A stretch of 64,000 bases of DNA from Phyllobates terribilis (Eukaryota). Each line of letters opens with the position of its first letter. Position 1 is the stretch's first letter. The position numbers and the translations under genes were made by a program. The notes under the pieces are model-generated. The model saw only the letters and a list, made by a program, of their open reading frames with translations. It had not been told where the DNA came from and did no database searches. Positions 46,796-59,457 of the stretch are shown here, one piece after another. The stretch lies in assembly GCF_046119375.1 (NCBI RefSeq), contig NW_027362762.1:714612001-714676000 (forward strand), in the 5' to 3' direction.

Positions 46796-48478
46796 ATGTC
46801 CTGCTCATCCCAAACTCATTATTCAGCGGAGGAGACTTGCGCTATTCTTGCCTCCGACACTGACAGTGAGGGTGAGGATCCCACATTTCTTTGTTTTTCT
46901 GACTCCTCGTCGTCTTCCTCCTTCTCTTCTTCCTGCTCTTCCTCAGGTTCTGCTGGCCCGCCCCGCCGTCGTCGCAGGAGAGAAGTTCCAGCGCCCCCCA
47001 CTACTGAGCCTATATGGACTTCGCCCCCCGAAAATTATGAGCCGCTGATTCCTGATTTCGTAGCGGAATCAGGAATCAAGTTTGACACCACCGGCCTCAC
47101 AGAAATAGACTTTTTCAAAGTCTTTTTCTCTGAGGATTTTATAAACCTCATGGTGGGCCAAACTAATTTATACGCTCATCAATTTTTAGAACAAAACCCC
47201 TCTTCATCATTTTCTAACTGGTCTCCTGTAGATGCAGTAGAAATGATGAAGTTTTGGGGCCTGGTCCTTCTTATGGGGATCTTGAAGAAGACCGAGCTTC
47301 GGCAATACTGGAGTGTTGACGTTTTGTATAACACTCCAGTGTTCCGAATGGTCATGCCCCGGACACGTTTTCAGGCCATCTACAAGTTCTTGCATTACCA
47401 AGATAATGCAAGGTGTCCTGCACGCGATGACCTGAACTTTGATCGTCTTTTCAAAGTTCGGCCGGTCATCGAACACTTCAACAACAAGTTTGGTGAAGTG
47501 TACGTGCCCCAAAGGGACATTTGTGTGGATGAGTCCTTAATTTCTTTTAAGGGGCGGCTTGGATTCCGGCAGTACCTGCCCAGTAAGAGGGCAAGGTATG
47601 GGATCAAGCTGTATAAACTTTGTGAGAGTACCTCAGGATACACTCACAAGTTTAGAGTTTATGAAGGGAAGGACTCCCGGATTGAACCCCCTGAATGCCC
47701 CCCTGTTCTGGGAGTGAGTGGGAAAATTGTGTGGGACTTGGTGCACCCACTGCTTGATAAAGGTTATCACCTCTACGTGGATAACTTTTATACAAGTATC
47801 CCGCTCTTCCAGTCCCTCTCTGCGCGACGTACCGCAGCCTGCGGTACTGTCCGCAAAATTCAGAAAGGCCTCCCAAAGACGCTAATTGGGCAGCTGCTCA
47901 AAACGGGTGAGAGCAGAGCCCAATGTAGCGACCACCTGTTGATGGTCAAGTACAAGGACAAAAGGGATGTCCTTTTCTTGACCACCATACATGGTGATGG
48001 CAGCACACTCAGCACTGTACGAGGTTCCACTACACAGGTCGTCAAACCAGACTGTGTAGTGGGGTACAACAAGTACATGGGGGGAGTTGATCTCTCTGAT
48101 CAAGTCCTCCAGCCATACAGTGCTTTGAGAAAGTTCAGAGTGTGGTACAAGAAGCTGGCCGTGCACATTGTACAGATGGCAATGCACAATGCTTTCCTTC
48201 TGTCACAATGTGCAGGCCAGACTTCTCCGTCGTACCTTCAGTTTCAGGAAACAGTTATCAAGGCCCTGATATTTGGCAGTGGTGACAGAGAGGGCCCCAG
48301 TGCTTCTGGAATTGAAGGACCAAGAATTGTACCAGGCCAGCATTTCCCAGGGCAGATCCCTCACAGCGGAAAAAAAGGAAAGTCACAAAAGAGGTGCCGA
48401 GTGTGTTATAAAAGTGGAATACGAAGGAAACCATTTATCAAGGTGACACCTGCCCTGACAAACCTGGCCTGTGTATGA
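46796..48478 (+). CDS. piggyBac transposase (PGBD4-like), DDD core intact, C-terminal cysteine-rich domain frameshifted
   Basis: CVDESL, YVDNFYTS, GGVDLSDQ. After CRVC...GIR, a shifted frame continues ETIYQGDTCPDKPGLCMKDCFKRYH to a stop at about 48519. Confidence 0.93.
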   Translation: MSCSSQTHYSAEETCAILASDTDSEGEDPTFLCFSDSSSSSSFSSSCSSSGSAGPPRRRRRREVPAPPTTEPIWTSPPENYEPLIPDFVAESGIKFDTTGLTEIDFFKVFFSEDFINLMVGQTNLYAHQFLEQNPSSSFSNWSPVDAVEMMKFWGLVLLMGILKKTELRQYWSVDVLYNTPVFRMVMPRTRFQAIYKFLHYQDNARCPARDDLNFDRLFKVRPVIEHFNNKFGEVYVPQRDICVDESLISFKGRLGFRQYLPSKRARYGIKLYKLCESTSGYTHKFRVYEGKDSRIEPPECPPVLGVSGKIVWDLVHPLLDKGYHLYVDNFYTSIPLFQSLSARRTAACGTVRKIQKGLPKTLIGQLLKTGESRAQCSDHLLMVKYKDKRDVLFLTTIHGDGSTLSTVRGSTTQVVKPDCVVGYNKYMGGVDLSDQVLQPYSALRKFRVWYKKLAVHIVQMAMHNAFLLSQCAGQTSPSYLQFQETVIKALIFGSGDREGPSASGIEGPRIVPGQHFPGQIPHSGKKGKSQKRCRVCYKSGIRRKPFIKVTPALTNLACV

Positions 48479-48984
48479 AAGACTGCTTCAAAAGGTACCA
48501 TACTTCGATGGACTATTGAATTAATTTCTGAAGTATGACAACCTGACGAACACTGCACAGCTGACGTAGTGTTCGTCAGGTTGTCATACATCAGTTGTGT
48601 AGTGTTCGTCAGATTGTCCTACACAACTGATGTATAACACTACATTACAAAATTCAAAAATCAACTAACACTACCAAAAAGGGGGCACTTGTTAGGCATT
48701 TCACTGTTTAGGCACATCAAGGGCTCTGAGAACATGACATGACGCCCGCAGACCATTCCATCAAAGTCTGCGTTCAAAAGAGTCACTCCTTCCCTTCCGA
48801 GCCCTTACATGCACCCAAACAGTAGTTTTTTTTCCAACACATGGGGTATATGAGTACTCAGGAGAAATTGCACAACAACTTATGGGGTGCAATTTCTCCT
48901 AGTACCCTTGTGAAAATATTTTTTTTTGCATTTTTGTGGAAAAAATGTTTTTTTATTATTTTCACAAGTCAACATTATGATTTT

Positions 48985-51900
48985 CTGAGAGGCACCTGGG
49001 GTTCAATGGGCTCACCACACATCTATATAAGTTCCCTGGGGGGTCTAGTTTCCAAAATGGGGTCACTTGTGGGGGAGCTCCTATGTTTAGACACACAGGG
49101 GCTCTCGAAACGCAACATGGTGTCCGCTAACAAATTGGAACCATGTCGCGTTTGGAGAGATCCTGTGTGTCTAAACATTGGAGCTCCCCCACAAGTGACC
49201 CCATTTTGGAAACTAGACCCCCAAAGGCACCTATCTAGATGCATAGTGAGCACTTGGAACCCCCAGGTGCTTCACAAATTGATCCATAAAAATGAAAAAG
49301 TGGTTTTTTTTCACTTATTCAATTTTACGAATTAATTTGTGAAGCACCTGGGGGTTCCAAGTGATCATTATGCATCTAGATAGGTGCCTTGGGGGGTCTA
49401 GTTTCCAAAATGGGGTCACTTGTGGGGGAGCTCCAATGTTTGGGCACACAGGGACTCTTCAAATGCAACATGGTATCCGCTAACAAATTGTCGGCTCAAA
49501 TTGTTAGCGGATACCATGTTGCATTTGAAGAGTCCCTGTGTGCCCAAACATTGGAGCTCCCCCACAAGTGACACCATTTTGGAAACTAGACCCCCCAAGG
49601 CACCTATCTAGATGCATAATGAGCTCTTGGAACCCCCAGGTGCTTCACAAATTGATTCGTAATTTTGAATAAGTGAAAAAAAAACACTTTTTCATTCTTA
49701 TGGATCAATTTGTGAAGCACCTGGGGGTTCCAAGTGCTCACTATGCATCTCAATAGGTGCCTTGGGGGGTCTAGTTTCCAAAATGGGGTCACTTGTGGGG
49801 GAGCTCCAATATTTGGGCACACAGTGGCTCTCCAAATGCAACATGGTGTCCGCTAACAAATTTAACGGAAAATCGACTCAAATTGTTAGCGACATCATGT
49901 TGCGTTTGGAGAGCCGCTGTGTGCCCAAACATTGGAGCTCCCCCACAAGTGACCCCATTTTGGAAACTAGACCCCACAAGGCACCTATCTAGATGCATAG
50001 TGAGCACTTGGAACCCACAGGTGCTTCACAAATTGATTCGTAACAATGAAAAAGTGAAAAAAAAAACACTTTTTCATTTTTAGGAATCAATTTGTGAAGC
50101 ACCTGGGGGTTCCAAGTACTCACTATGCATCTAGATAGGTGCCTTGGGGGGTCTAGTTTCCAAAATTGGGTCACTTGTGGGGGAGCTCCAATGTTTGGGC
50201 ACACAGCGGCTCTCCAAACGCAACATGGTGTCGCTAACAATTTGAGACGATTTTGCCTAAAATTTGTTAGCGGACACCATGTTGCATTTAGAGAGCCGCT
50301 GTGTGCCCAAATATTGGAGCTCCCCCACAAGTGACCCCATTTTGGAAACTAGACCACCCAAGGCACCTATCTAGATGCATAGTGAGCACTTGGAACCCTC
50401 AGGTGCTTCACAAATTGATTCATAAAAATGAAAAAGTTTTTTTTTTTTCACTTTTTCATTGTTACGAATCAATTTGTGAAGCACCTGGGGGTTCCAAGTG
50501 CTCACTATGCATCTAGATAGGTGCGGTGGGCGGTCTAGTTTCCAAAATGGGGTCACTTGTGGGGGAGCTCCAATGTTTGGGCACACAGGGACTCTCTTAA
50601 TGCAACATGGTGTCCTCTAACAAATTTAACGGAAAATCGGCTCAAATTGTTAGCGACACCATGTTGCGTTTGGAGAGCCGCTGTGTGCCCAAACATTAGA
50701 GCTCCCCCACAAGTGACCCCATTTTGGAAACTAGACCCCCCAAGGCACCTATCTAGATGCATAGTGAGCACTTGGAACCCTCAGGTGCTTCACAAATTGA
50801 TTCATAAAAATGAAAAAGTGTTTTTTTTTCACTTTTTCATTGTTACGAATCAATTTGTGAAGCACCTGGGGGTTCCAAGTGCTCACTATGCATCTAGATA
50901 GGTGCCTTGGGGGGTCTAGTTTCCAAAATGGGGTCACTTGTGGGGGAGCTCCAATGTTTGGGCACACAGGGACTCTTCAAATGCAACATGGTATCCGCTA
51001 ACAAATTGTCGGCTCAAATTGTTAGCGGATACCATGTTGCATTTGAAGAGTCCCTGTGTGCCCAAACATTGGAGCTCCCCCACAAGTGACACCATTTTGG
51101 AAACTAGACCCCCCAAGGCACCTATCTAGATGCATAATGAGCTCTTGGAACCCCCAGGTGCTTCACAAATTGATTCGTAATTTTGAATAAGTGAAAAAAA
51201 AACACTTTTTCATTCTTATGGATCAATTTGTGAAGCACCTGGGGGTTCCAAGTGCTCACTATGCATCTCAATAGGTGCCTTGGGGGGTCTAGTTTCCAAA
51301 ATGGGGTCACTTGTGGGGGAGCTCCAATATTTGGGCACACAGCGGCTCTCCAAATGCAACATGGTGTCCGCTAACAAATTTAACGGAAAATCGACTCAAA
51401 TTGTTAGCGACATCATGTTGCGTTTGGAGAGCCGCTGTGTGCCCAAACATTGGAGCTCCCCCACAAGTGACCCCATTTTGGAAACTAGACCCCACAAGGC
51501 ACCTATCTAGATGCATAGTGAGCACTTGGAACCCACAGGTGCTTCACAAATTGATTCGTAACAATGAAAAAGTGAAAAAAAAAACACTTTTTCACTTTTA
51601 GGAATCAATTTGTGAAGCACCTGGGGGTTCCAAGTACTCACTATGCATCTAGATAGGTGCCTTGGGTGGTCTAGTTTCCAAAATTGGGTCACTTGTGGGG
51701 GAGCTCCAATGTTTGGGCACACAGCGGCTCTCCAAACGCAACATGGTGTCGCTAACAATTTGAGACGATTTTGCCTAAAATTTGTTAGCGGACACCATGT
51801 TGCATTTAGAGAGCCGCTGTGTGCCCAAATATTGGAGCTCCCCCACAAGTGACCCCATTTTGGAAACTAGACCACCCAAGGCACCTATCTAGATGCATAG

Positions 51901-54430
51901 TGAGCACTTGGAACCCTCAGGTGCTTCACAAATTGATTCATAAAAATGAAAAAGTTTTTTTTTTTTCACTTTTTCATTGTTACGAATCAATTTGTGAAGC
52001 ACCTGGGGGTTCCAAGTGCTCACTATGCATCTAGATAGGTGCCGTGGGCGGTCTAGTTTCCAAAATGGGGTCACTTGTGGGGGAGCTCCAATGTTTGGGC
52101 ACACAGGGACTCTCTTAATGCAACATGGTGTCCTCTAACAAATTTAACGGAAAATCGGCTCAAATTGTTAGCGACACCATATTGCGTTTGGAGAGCCGCT
52201 GTGTGCCCAAACATTAGAGCTCCCCCACAAGTGACCCCATTTTGGAAACTAGACCCCCCAAGGCACCTATCTAGATGCATTGTGAGCACTTGGAACCCTC
52301 AGGTGCTTCACAAATTGATTCATAAAAATGAAAAAGTGTTTTTTTTTCACTTTTTCATTGTTACGAATCAATTTGTGAAGCACCTGGGGGTTCCAAGTGC
52401 TCACTATGCATCCAGATAGGTGCCTTGGGGGGTCTAGTTTCCAAAATGGGGTCACTTGTGGGGGAGCTTCAATGTTTGGGCACACAGCGGCTCTCCAAAT
52501 GCAACATGGTGTCGCTAACAATTTGAGCCAATTTTGCGTTAAATTTGTTAGCGGACACCATGTTGCATTTAGAGAGCCGTTGTGTGCCCAAATATTGGAG
52601 CTCCCCCACAAGTGACCCAATTTTTTAAACTAGACCACCCAAGGCACCTATCTAGATGCATAGTGAGCACTTGGAACCCTCAGGTGCTTCACAAATTGAT
52701 TCATAAAAATGAAAAAGTGTTTTTTTTTTCACTTTTTCATTGTTACGAATCAATTTGTGAAGCACCTGTGGGTTCCAAGTGCTCACTATGCATCTAGATT
52801 GGTGCCTTGGGGGGTCTAGTTTCCAAAATGGGGTCACTTGTGGGGGAGCTCCAATGTTTGGGCACACAGGGACTCTCTAAATGCAACATGGTGTCCTCTA
52901 ACAAATTTAACGGAAAATCAGCTCAAATTGTTAGCGACACCATGTTGCGTTTGGAGAGCCGCTGTGTGCCCAAACATTGGGTCTCCCCCACAAGTGACCC
53001 CATTTTGGAAACTAGACCCCCAAAAGCACCTATCTAGGTGCATTGTGAGCACTTGGAACCCTCAGGTGCTTCACAAATTGATTCATAAAAATGAAAAAGT
53101 GTTGGTTTTTTTCACTTTTTCATTGTTACGAATCAATTTGTGAAGCACCTGGGGGTTCCAAGTGCTCACTATGCATCTAGATAGGTGCCTTGGGGGGTCT
53201 AGTTTCCAAAATGGGGTCACTTGTGGGGGAGCTCCAATGTTTGGGCACACAGCGGCTCTCCAAACGCAACATGGTGTCGCTAACAATTTGAGCCAATTTT
53301 GCGTTAAATTTGTTAGCGGACACCATGTTGCATTTAGAGAGCCGCTGTGTGCCCAAATATTGGAGCTCCCCCACAAGTGACCCCATTTTGGAAACTAGAC
53401 CACCCAAGGCACCTATCTAGATGCATAGTGAGCACTTGGATCCCTCAGGTGCTTCACAAATTGATTCATAAAAATGAAAAAGTGTTTTTTTTTTCACTTT
53501 TTCATTGTTACGAATCAATTTGTGAAGCACCTGGGGGTTCCAAGTGCTCACTATGCATCTAGATACGTGCCTTGGGGGGTTTAGTTTCCAAAATGGGGTC
53601 ACTTGTGGGGAGCTCCAATGTTTGGGCACACAGGGACTCTCTAAATGCAACATGGTGTCCTCTAACAAATTTAACGGAAAATCAGCTCAAATTGTTAGCG
53701 ACACCATGTTGCATTTAGAGAGCCGCTGTGTGCCCAAATATTGGAGCTCCCCCACAAGTGACCACATTTTGGAAACTAGACCACCCAAGGCACCTATCTA
53801 GATGCATAGTGAGCACTTGGATCCCTCAGGTGCTTCACAAATTGATTCATAAAAATGAAAAAGTGTTTTTTTTTTCACTTTTTCATTGTTACGAATCAAT
53901 TTGTGAAGCACCTGGGGGTTCCAAGTGCTCACTATGCATCTAGATAGGTGCCTTGGGGGGTCTAGTTTCCAAAATGGGGTCACTTGTGGGGGAGCTCCAA
54001 TGTTTGGGCACACAGCGGCTCTCCAAACGCAACATGGTGTCGCTAACAATTTGAGCCAATTTTGCGTTAAATTTGTTAGCGGACACCATGTTGCATTTAG
54101 AGAGCCGCTGTGTGCCCAAATATTGGAGCTCCCCCACAAGTGACCCCATTTTGGAAACTAGACTACCCAAGGCACCTATCTAGATGCATAGTGAGCACTT
54201 GGAACCCTCAGGTGCTTCACAAATTGATTCATAAAAATGAAAAAGTGTTTTTTTTTTCACTTTTTCATTGTTACGAATCAATTTGTGAAGCACCTGGGGG
54301 TTCCAAGTGCTCACTATGCATCTATAAAGGTGCCTTGGGGGGTCTAGTTTCCAAAATGGGGTCACTTGTGGGGGAGCTCCAAAGTTTGGGCACACATGGG
54401 CTCTCCAAACACAACATGGCGTCCGCTAAT
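48985..54430. repeat. Palindromic satellite: about 14.5 units of 373-383 bp, each arm+reverse-complement arm; 1518-bp higher-order duplication
   Basis: gtgaagcacc at 49339, 49712, 50094, 50476, 50857, 51230, 51612, 51994, 52375, 52757, 53140, 53522, 53903 and 54285. Identical ORF sets are offset by 1518. Confidence 0.96.
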
Positions 54431-55959
54431 TATTCAAGCAAATTTTACAATCAAAAAGTCAAATGGTGCTCCTTCCCTTCCGAGCCCTGCCGTGCGCCCA
54501 AACAGTGTTTTTTCCCCAAATATTGGGTATCTGCGTGCCCAGGGGAAATTGCACAACAAATTTTGGGGTCTATTTTTTCTTGTTACCCCTGTGAAAATAA
54601 AAAAAATTGGGTCTAAAGTAACATTTTTGTGAAAAAATTTAAATGTTCATTTTTTTCTTCCACATTCAAAAAATTCCTGTGAAGCACCTGAAGGGTTAAT
54701 AAAGTTCTTGAATGTGGTTTTGAGCACCTTGAGGGGTGCAGTTTTTAGAATGGTGTCACTTTTGGGTATTTTCTGTCATAAAGACCTCTCAAAGTGACTT
54801 CAAATGTGATGTGGTCCCTAAAAAAATGGTTTTGTGAATTTTGTTGGAAAAATGAGAAATCGCCGGTCAACTTTTAACCCTTTTAGCTCCCTAACAAAAA
54901 AAAATTTTGGTTCCAAAATTGTGCTTATGTAAAGTAGACATGTGGGAAATGTTATTTATTAACTCTTTTGTGTGACATATCGCTCTGATTTCAGGGCTTA
55001 AAAATTAAAATTTTGAAAATTGCAAAATTTTCAAAATTTTTGCCAAATTTATATTTTTTTCACAAATAAACGCAAGTGATATCGAAGAAATTTTTCCACA
55101 ATCATGAAGTACAATATGTCACGAAAAAATGTTCTCAGAATCAGGGGGATCCGTTGAAGCGTTCCAGAGTAATTACCTCATAAAGTGACAGTGGTCAGAA
55201 TTGTAAAAATTGGCCCGGTCATTAACGTGCAAACCACCCGCGGGGCTTAAGGGGATAAGAACCGGACCTAGGCCATAGCATACACACATCACTGACTATA
55301 TGAAAAATTAGATGTGGCAGTGAGTCATATACAGGAAATGCCTATGCATGCAGGTAGAAAATTATACATATAATCCTGTCATACTGTATATTGACCACCA
55401 TCTCAGTGTGCATAATTGACTAATTTCCCACAACCATGATGTAAATATAATCCCAAATACAGTATGCAAGGTGCTATAGAGAGGGGAGGGAGTAAATAGA
55501 AAGCACATAAAGATCAGATGAATGTGGCCAATGTATTAATGTACTATACTGCATATGCCACATGCAAAGACATGCTGGATGCAAAGTATATGTAGGCAAA
55601 AACTATATATCAGCCTAAAAACACCAGACACCGAATATGTCAATGATCATATTGAAACAGGTAATTTACCTAGCCCACCGGAATCTGAGTGTGGCACACA
55701 TGTTTCGGATGTTGCTCCTTCTGCAGGGTGTGTGGAACAACATCCAAAACGTGTGTAGGGGTCTGGCGTTTCGGATATGAGTTTCACTTTTTGTATTGAA
55801 GAACTGAAATAAATTAACTTTTTGATGATGTTATAATTTAGTGAGATGCACCTGTAAGTCATTATACAGGAAAGAATGTTTCCTAGTATTTTTTCCTGTA
55901 AATCCATTTCACTTCGGTTTTGTGTTTTGTATGTTTTACTGTAGTGTCAGTCCATAAAA

Positions 55960-56246
55960 GTGGAGTAACACTCTGACAACTTTTGTTCCCAGCAGCAACC
56001 TGGGGGTCAGAGAGGCATCCAGGTGTATTCCCCATGCTGTTCCCATTCCATTTGAGCACTGTTTCCATCCATTTCAGCAATTTTCCTGCCCCCACCCCAG
56101 CCCTCCTGTTAGGGTTATCTAGAAGAATGCTCAAGTTTCGCATTGACTTCCATTATACTTGTAACTTGAGTGGAGCCCATCTAAGCGTCTGACCTGCTCG
56201 ATTTGAGTACTGAGCACTCAAGCATTTTCATGTTCAATCATCACTA
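55960..56246. mobile_element. hAT-type MITE remnant
   Basis: Ends ...atcatcacta and shares ccccatgctgtt...catttgagcactgtt with the 15.9-kb copy. Confidence 0.55.
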
Positions 56247-56304
56247 ATTGTGTGTTCTGCCACTTTTCTACCCAGTCTATCATTTGCTTTTTTTTTTTTG
56301 TTGC

Positions 56305-57055
56305 ATTTTTTGCATTCCGTGCAAAACTGGGTGTCGCCTCCCTTCCTAGTGCTGGACAATATATTTAAAGCTTCCCTAGGCTGGTGTTCACAGTTTGGAA
56401 CTCAGTCCTTTGTCTGCCCTTATTCACACATTGAGGTCAACTTTGACACATGGTAAGGTTTTTAATATTAGACATTGTAGGACCGTCCCAAACGGGTTCA
56501 CCTTGTTGATGGTGGGATAGCTTATATACTATTTTTGATCAAAAACAGTGTTACTAAGAACCCTATTTTATTTAAATGCACTTGCTTTTTATTTATTTAC
56601 AGCAGGGTTTTTGTTAATTTTGCTTCTTGTAGGCTTTTCTGATTCATGGCCATTGTGAAACATGAATTTATGTGCTGCATGTATACCAACTTAAACCAAG
56701 CTCAAATTTTGTGCTTTTTCTTTGTATTTTTTGCATTCTGTGCAAACCTGGATATGGTCTCCCTTCCTAGAGCTGGATAATACATTTAAAGCTTTCCTAG
56801 GCTGGTGTTCACAGTTTGGGACTCAGTCCTTTGTCTGCCCTTATTCACACATTGAGGTCAACTTTGACACATAGTAAGGTTTTTAATATTTGACAGTGTA
56901 GGACGGTCCCGAACGGGTTCACCTTGTCGATGGTGGGATGGCATATATACTATTTTTGATCAAAAACAGTGTTACTAAGAACCCTATTTTATTTAAATGC
57001 ACTTGCTTTTTATTTATTTACAGCAGGGTTTTTGTTCATTTTGCTTCTTGTAGGT
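56305..57055. repeat. Tandem duplication, 421-bp offset
   Basis: tgcattc at 56311/56732 and tgcttcttg at 56621/57042. Confidence 0.9.
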
Positions 57056-57167
57056 TTTTATCATTTACTTTCAATGCAATTTGTACTACGGTAGCTTTTT
57101 TGTGCCCTTCACTCTCAATACCTGTTAAGTTTTGGCAGACCATCATTCTGTCACCAATTTACACATT

Positions 57168-57516
57168 GGGGCCAATTCATCAAGACTTGCATAGCGCATA
57201 ATCATGCTATGCCTTTTTGCTGCTATAGAAGACGCTGAATTCATTAGGATGCTCACGCCACTTAATGAATTTAGTGCCTCTTCTAAGTGGCATGAGCCTT
57301 TGTGTGCTGCACCCGAAATGCTATTCCAGTCACAGACTGGTGTATCATTTCTGACGTATAAAGAGCCAGCATTTTTGATGAATCTGATGGGCGGGTGTGG
57401 CCATAGCTCAAACTGCTCTGACTCCAGGCAACTCTGCCAATTTCGTCTGAGCTGAGTCAAACTTTCGGGAATAAAAGGCAAAAGTTTTGGTGTAAAATTT
57501 TTGATGAATTGGCCCC
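57168..57516. mobile_element. PIF/Harbinger-type MITE
   Basis: TIRs GGGGCCAATTCATCAA / TTGATGAATTGGCCCC and 3-bp TSD ATT. Confidence 0.85.
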
Positions 57517-57524
57517 ATTGTGTT

Positions 57525-57670
57525 TACTTGGACAATTTTTGCAAGTTACTAATCACTTCATTCTTGGAACACACTACAAGGCCTGTCAATTTGGAGATGC
57601 TCTGACCTAGTTTTCTAATTATAATGTGGTCTTTGTCAAATTTGTTAAGAGCGTTATGGTTGCCCATTTT
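57525..57670 (-). pseudogene. Tc1 transposase N-terminal fragment
   Basis: MGNHNALNKFDKDHIIIRKLGQSISKLTGLV resembles the Tc1 start MGK..DLSDFDKGQIV..RRLGQSIS. Confidence 0.7.
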
Positions 57671-59412
57671 TCTGCTTTCAGAACATTGTGACATGCAAAA
57701 GTAGTGCTGTCGCTTCAAAAGCATCTAGCAACTCTAAGAGTTAACACAGTTAAAAGAGACAGGAATTGATGTGCTTCAAAAGCATCCAGCAACTAGAGAG
57801 GTTAACACAGTCACAGAAGACAGGGAGTGTTTAGCAGAGCCCCAGGGGGATTATGGGGAACTTGTTATTGTAGTCTGGCTGAAGCCGAAGAGAAAGGTGG
57901 TGTGTCATCTGTATCTGACAGAAGGCAACTGAACAGGAATCAGATCAGGAGAGAAACTAAACACAGGTCAGAAAAACTCCCTGAACTAACAGTGCAGAGT
58001 ATTATTGGGCAGGAAGATAAGGACTGGAAGGAATTTTGTCACAGGGATCATATCCCTCATCAAACCCTCTCCCCCTCCATCTCCATGCAGGATAAAGAAT
58101 TCTGTGTACTATTGTGTCCTTGTGAAGGAAAAGCCTGTAGTTGTGTATTAATAGAAGTGTGCAGCAAAGAGATCTAATCTGTGCTTAATTATGCTACTGA
58201 CAAAACTAACATTACTGTTCCTGCTTTAATAGACTGTACTGTGGTGAAGCCTGTTGATTCAAAGAGTTAAATGGTACTGGGTGTACTTGATTAAACTTCA
58301 CTGTTCAACTGTTTATGAAAACTCTTGTCAGATGTGTCTGGTCAGCTATTGAATCTATCGTGTGCCTGACAGAAGCTGCAGCCTATGGTTGCCCTGGGTA
58401 TTGGTTCCCCCAGGATTCCAATGAATTCATGAAACCTATCTCGCCCTATCTGAACCTAGCGGCGTGTGTGTAACAACATCTACTTTAACTGTTTAAGAAC
58501 TGCTGATACACCTTTTTATGGTGGTCATTAAGCTTTAATTTTCAATGTCACTTTTTTATGATGCTGATTGCTGAGGATTAGGTAAGTAACGCCTCTTGAA
58601 ACCCTACTGCATCAGCAATGATCGGTTTAGCACTGTTTAGCTATCTAGATGCTGCTCTCAATTTCAACAATGGCCTTTAGATGGTTAAGACAGAGAGAGA
58701 CAGCTCCATCTTTAACCCTGTCGGGACCCCGTGATCGCATTTGGTATGATAGCCTGTTAATCCTTGCCATTAGAAGGATCTAACAGGCTGTGTCTGTGTG
58801 TCATTTGTGTATGTTCCCAGTGGAGCACAGGTTGTAAGGAAGAGTCATTTTCCAACTAAAGAGTCACAGGTTAAGTCTCTTTATCTCTACTGCAATGTGT
58901 AATTTCTCACTCTTTCTCCTGTAGAGTGTAAGCTCATATAATCAGTGGTATCCTCTGGGTCCTCTCCCTCTTTCTTTCTCGCTGGTAAAGTGTAAGCTCT
59001 TCTGGTCAGTTGGTTCTTCTCTCTCTTTCCTGAAAACTGTAAGCTCTTATCTTCAGCAGGGTTCTCTCTCTCTCTCCTCTCCCCATGTGTATTTTCAAAT
59101 CAATTACAAGCTCTCCAGTATTGAGACTCTCTCAAATTTATTTGCTACAAATCAAATTTTGGGGAAAAATCTGGCAAAGTTTGAAATTCAAAAGATCCCC
59201 CTCATCTCTACCACTAATATAAAATACAATTTGTCATCAAAAATTCAATCTTAGAATCACTGGAATAAAGTATGCAAATTGCCTCTTCAGAGGAAAAGAG
59301 GACTTGAACTCTATGGCGCCACCTATTGGAAGCAGCAATCCTACAAGTCACAATCGACCCTTCAACGAGTCGTGCAATATGACTTAGGATAAAAGCCAAA
59401 TCAGAATCTCAA

Positions 59413-59457
59413 TTTGCAGACATGGTGTTCCGGGCTGTTGACCCTCGTCAGTGCAAA
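59413..59457 (-). ncRNA. Type I hammerhead ribozyme with one core substitution
   Basis: TTTGCA CTGACGA GGG tcaacag CCC GGAA CA cca TG TC TGCAAA. All three stems form and the cleavage triplet is GUC. GAAA reads GGAA. Confidence 0.75.

Larger units (their letters stand above)
43723..55254 (+). mobile_element. Large piggyBac transposon (11,532 bp)
   Basis: TTAA|CCCCTTAA at the left end and TTAAGGGG|ATAA at the right end (one TSD differs from TTAA). Internal piggyBac transposase. Confidence 0.85.

Noticed and set aside
48841-54632. Dozens of 60-170-aa ORFs on both strands
   Set aside because: Recurrent translations of the palindromic satellite.
55695-55756. Hairpin with GAAAC-like motif as a possible ribozyme
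   Set aside because: No CUGANGA core. It is only an imperfect inverted repeat of about 20 bp.
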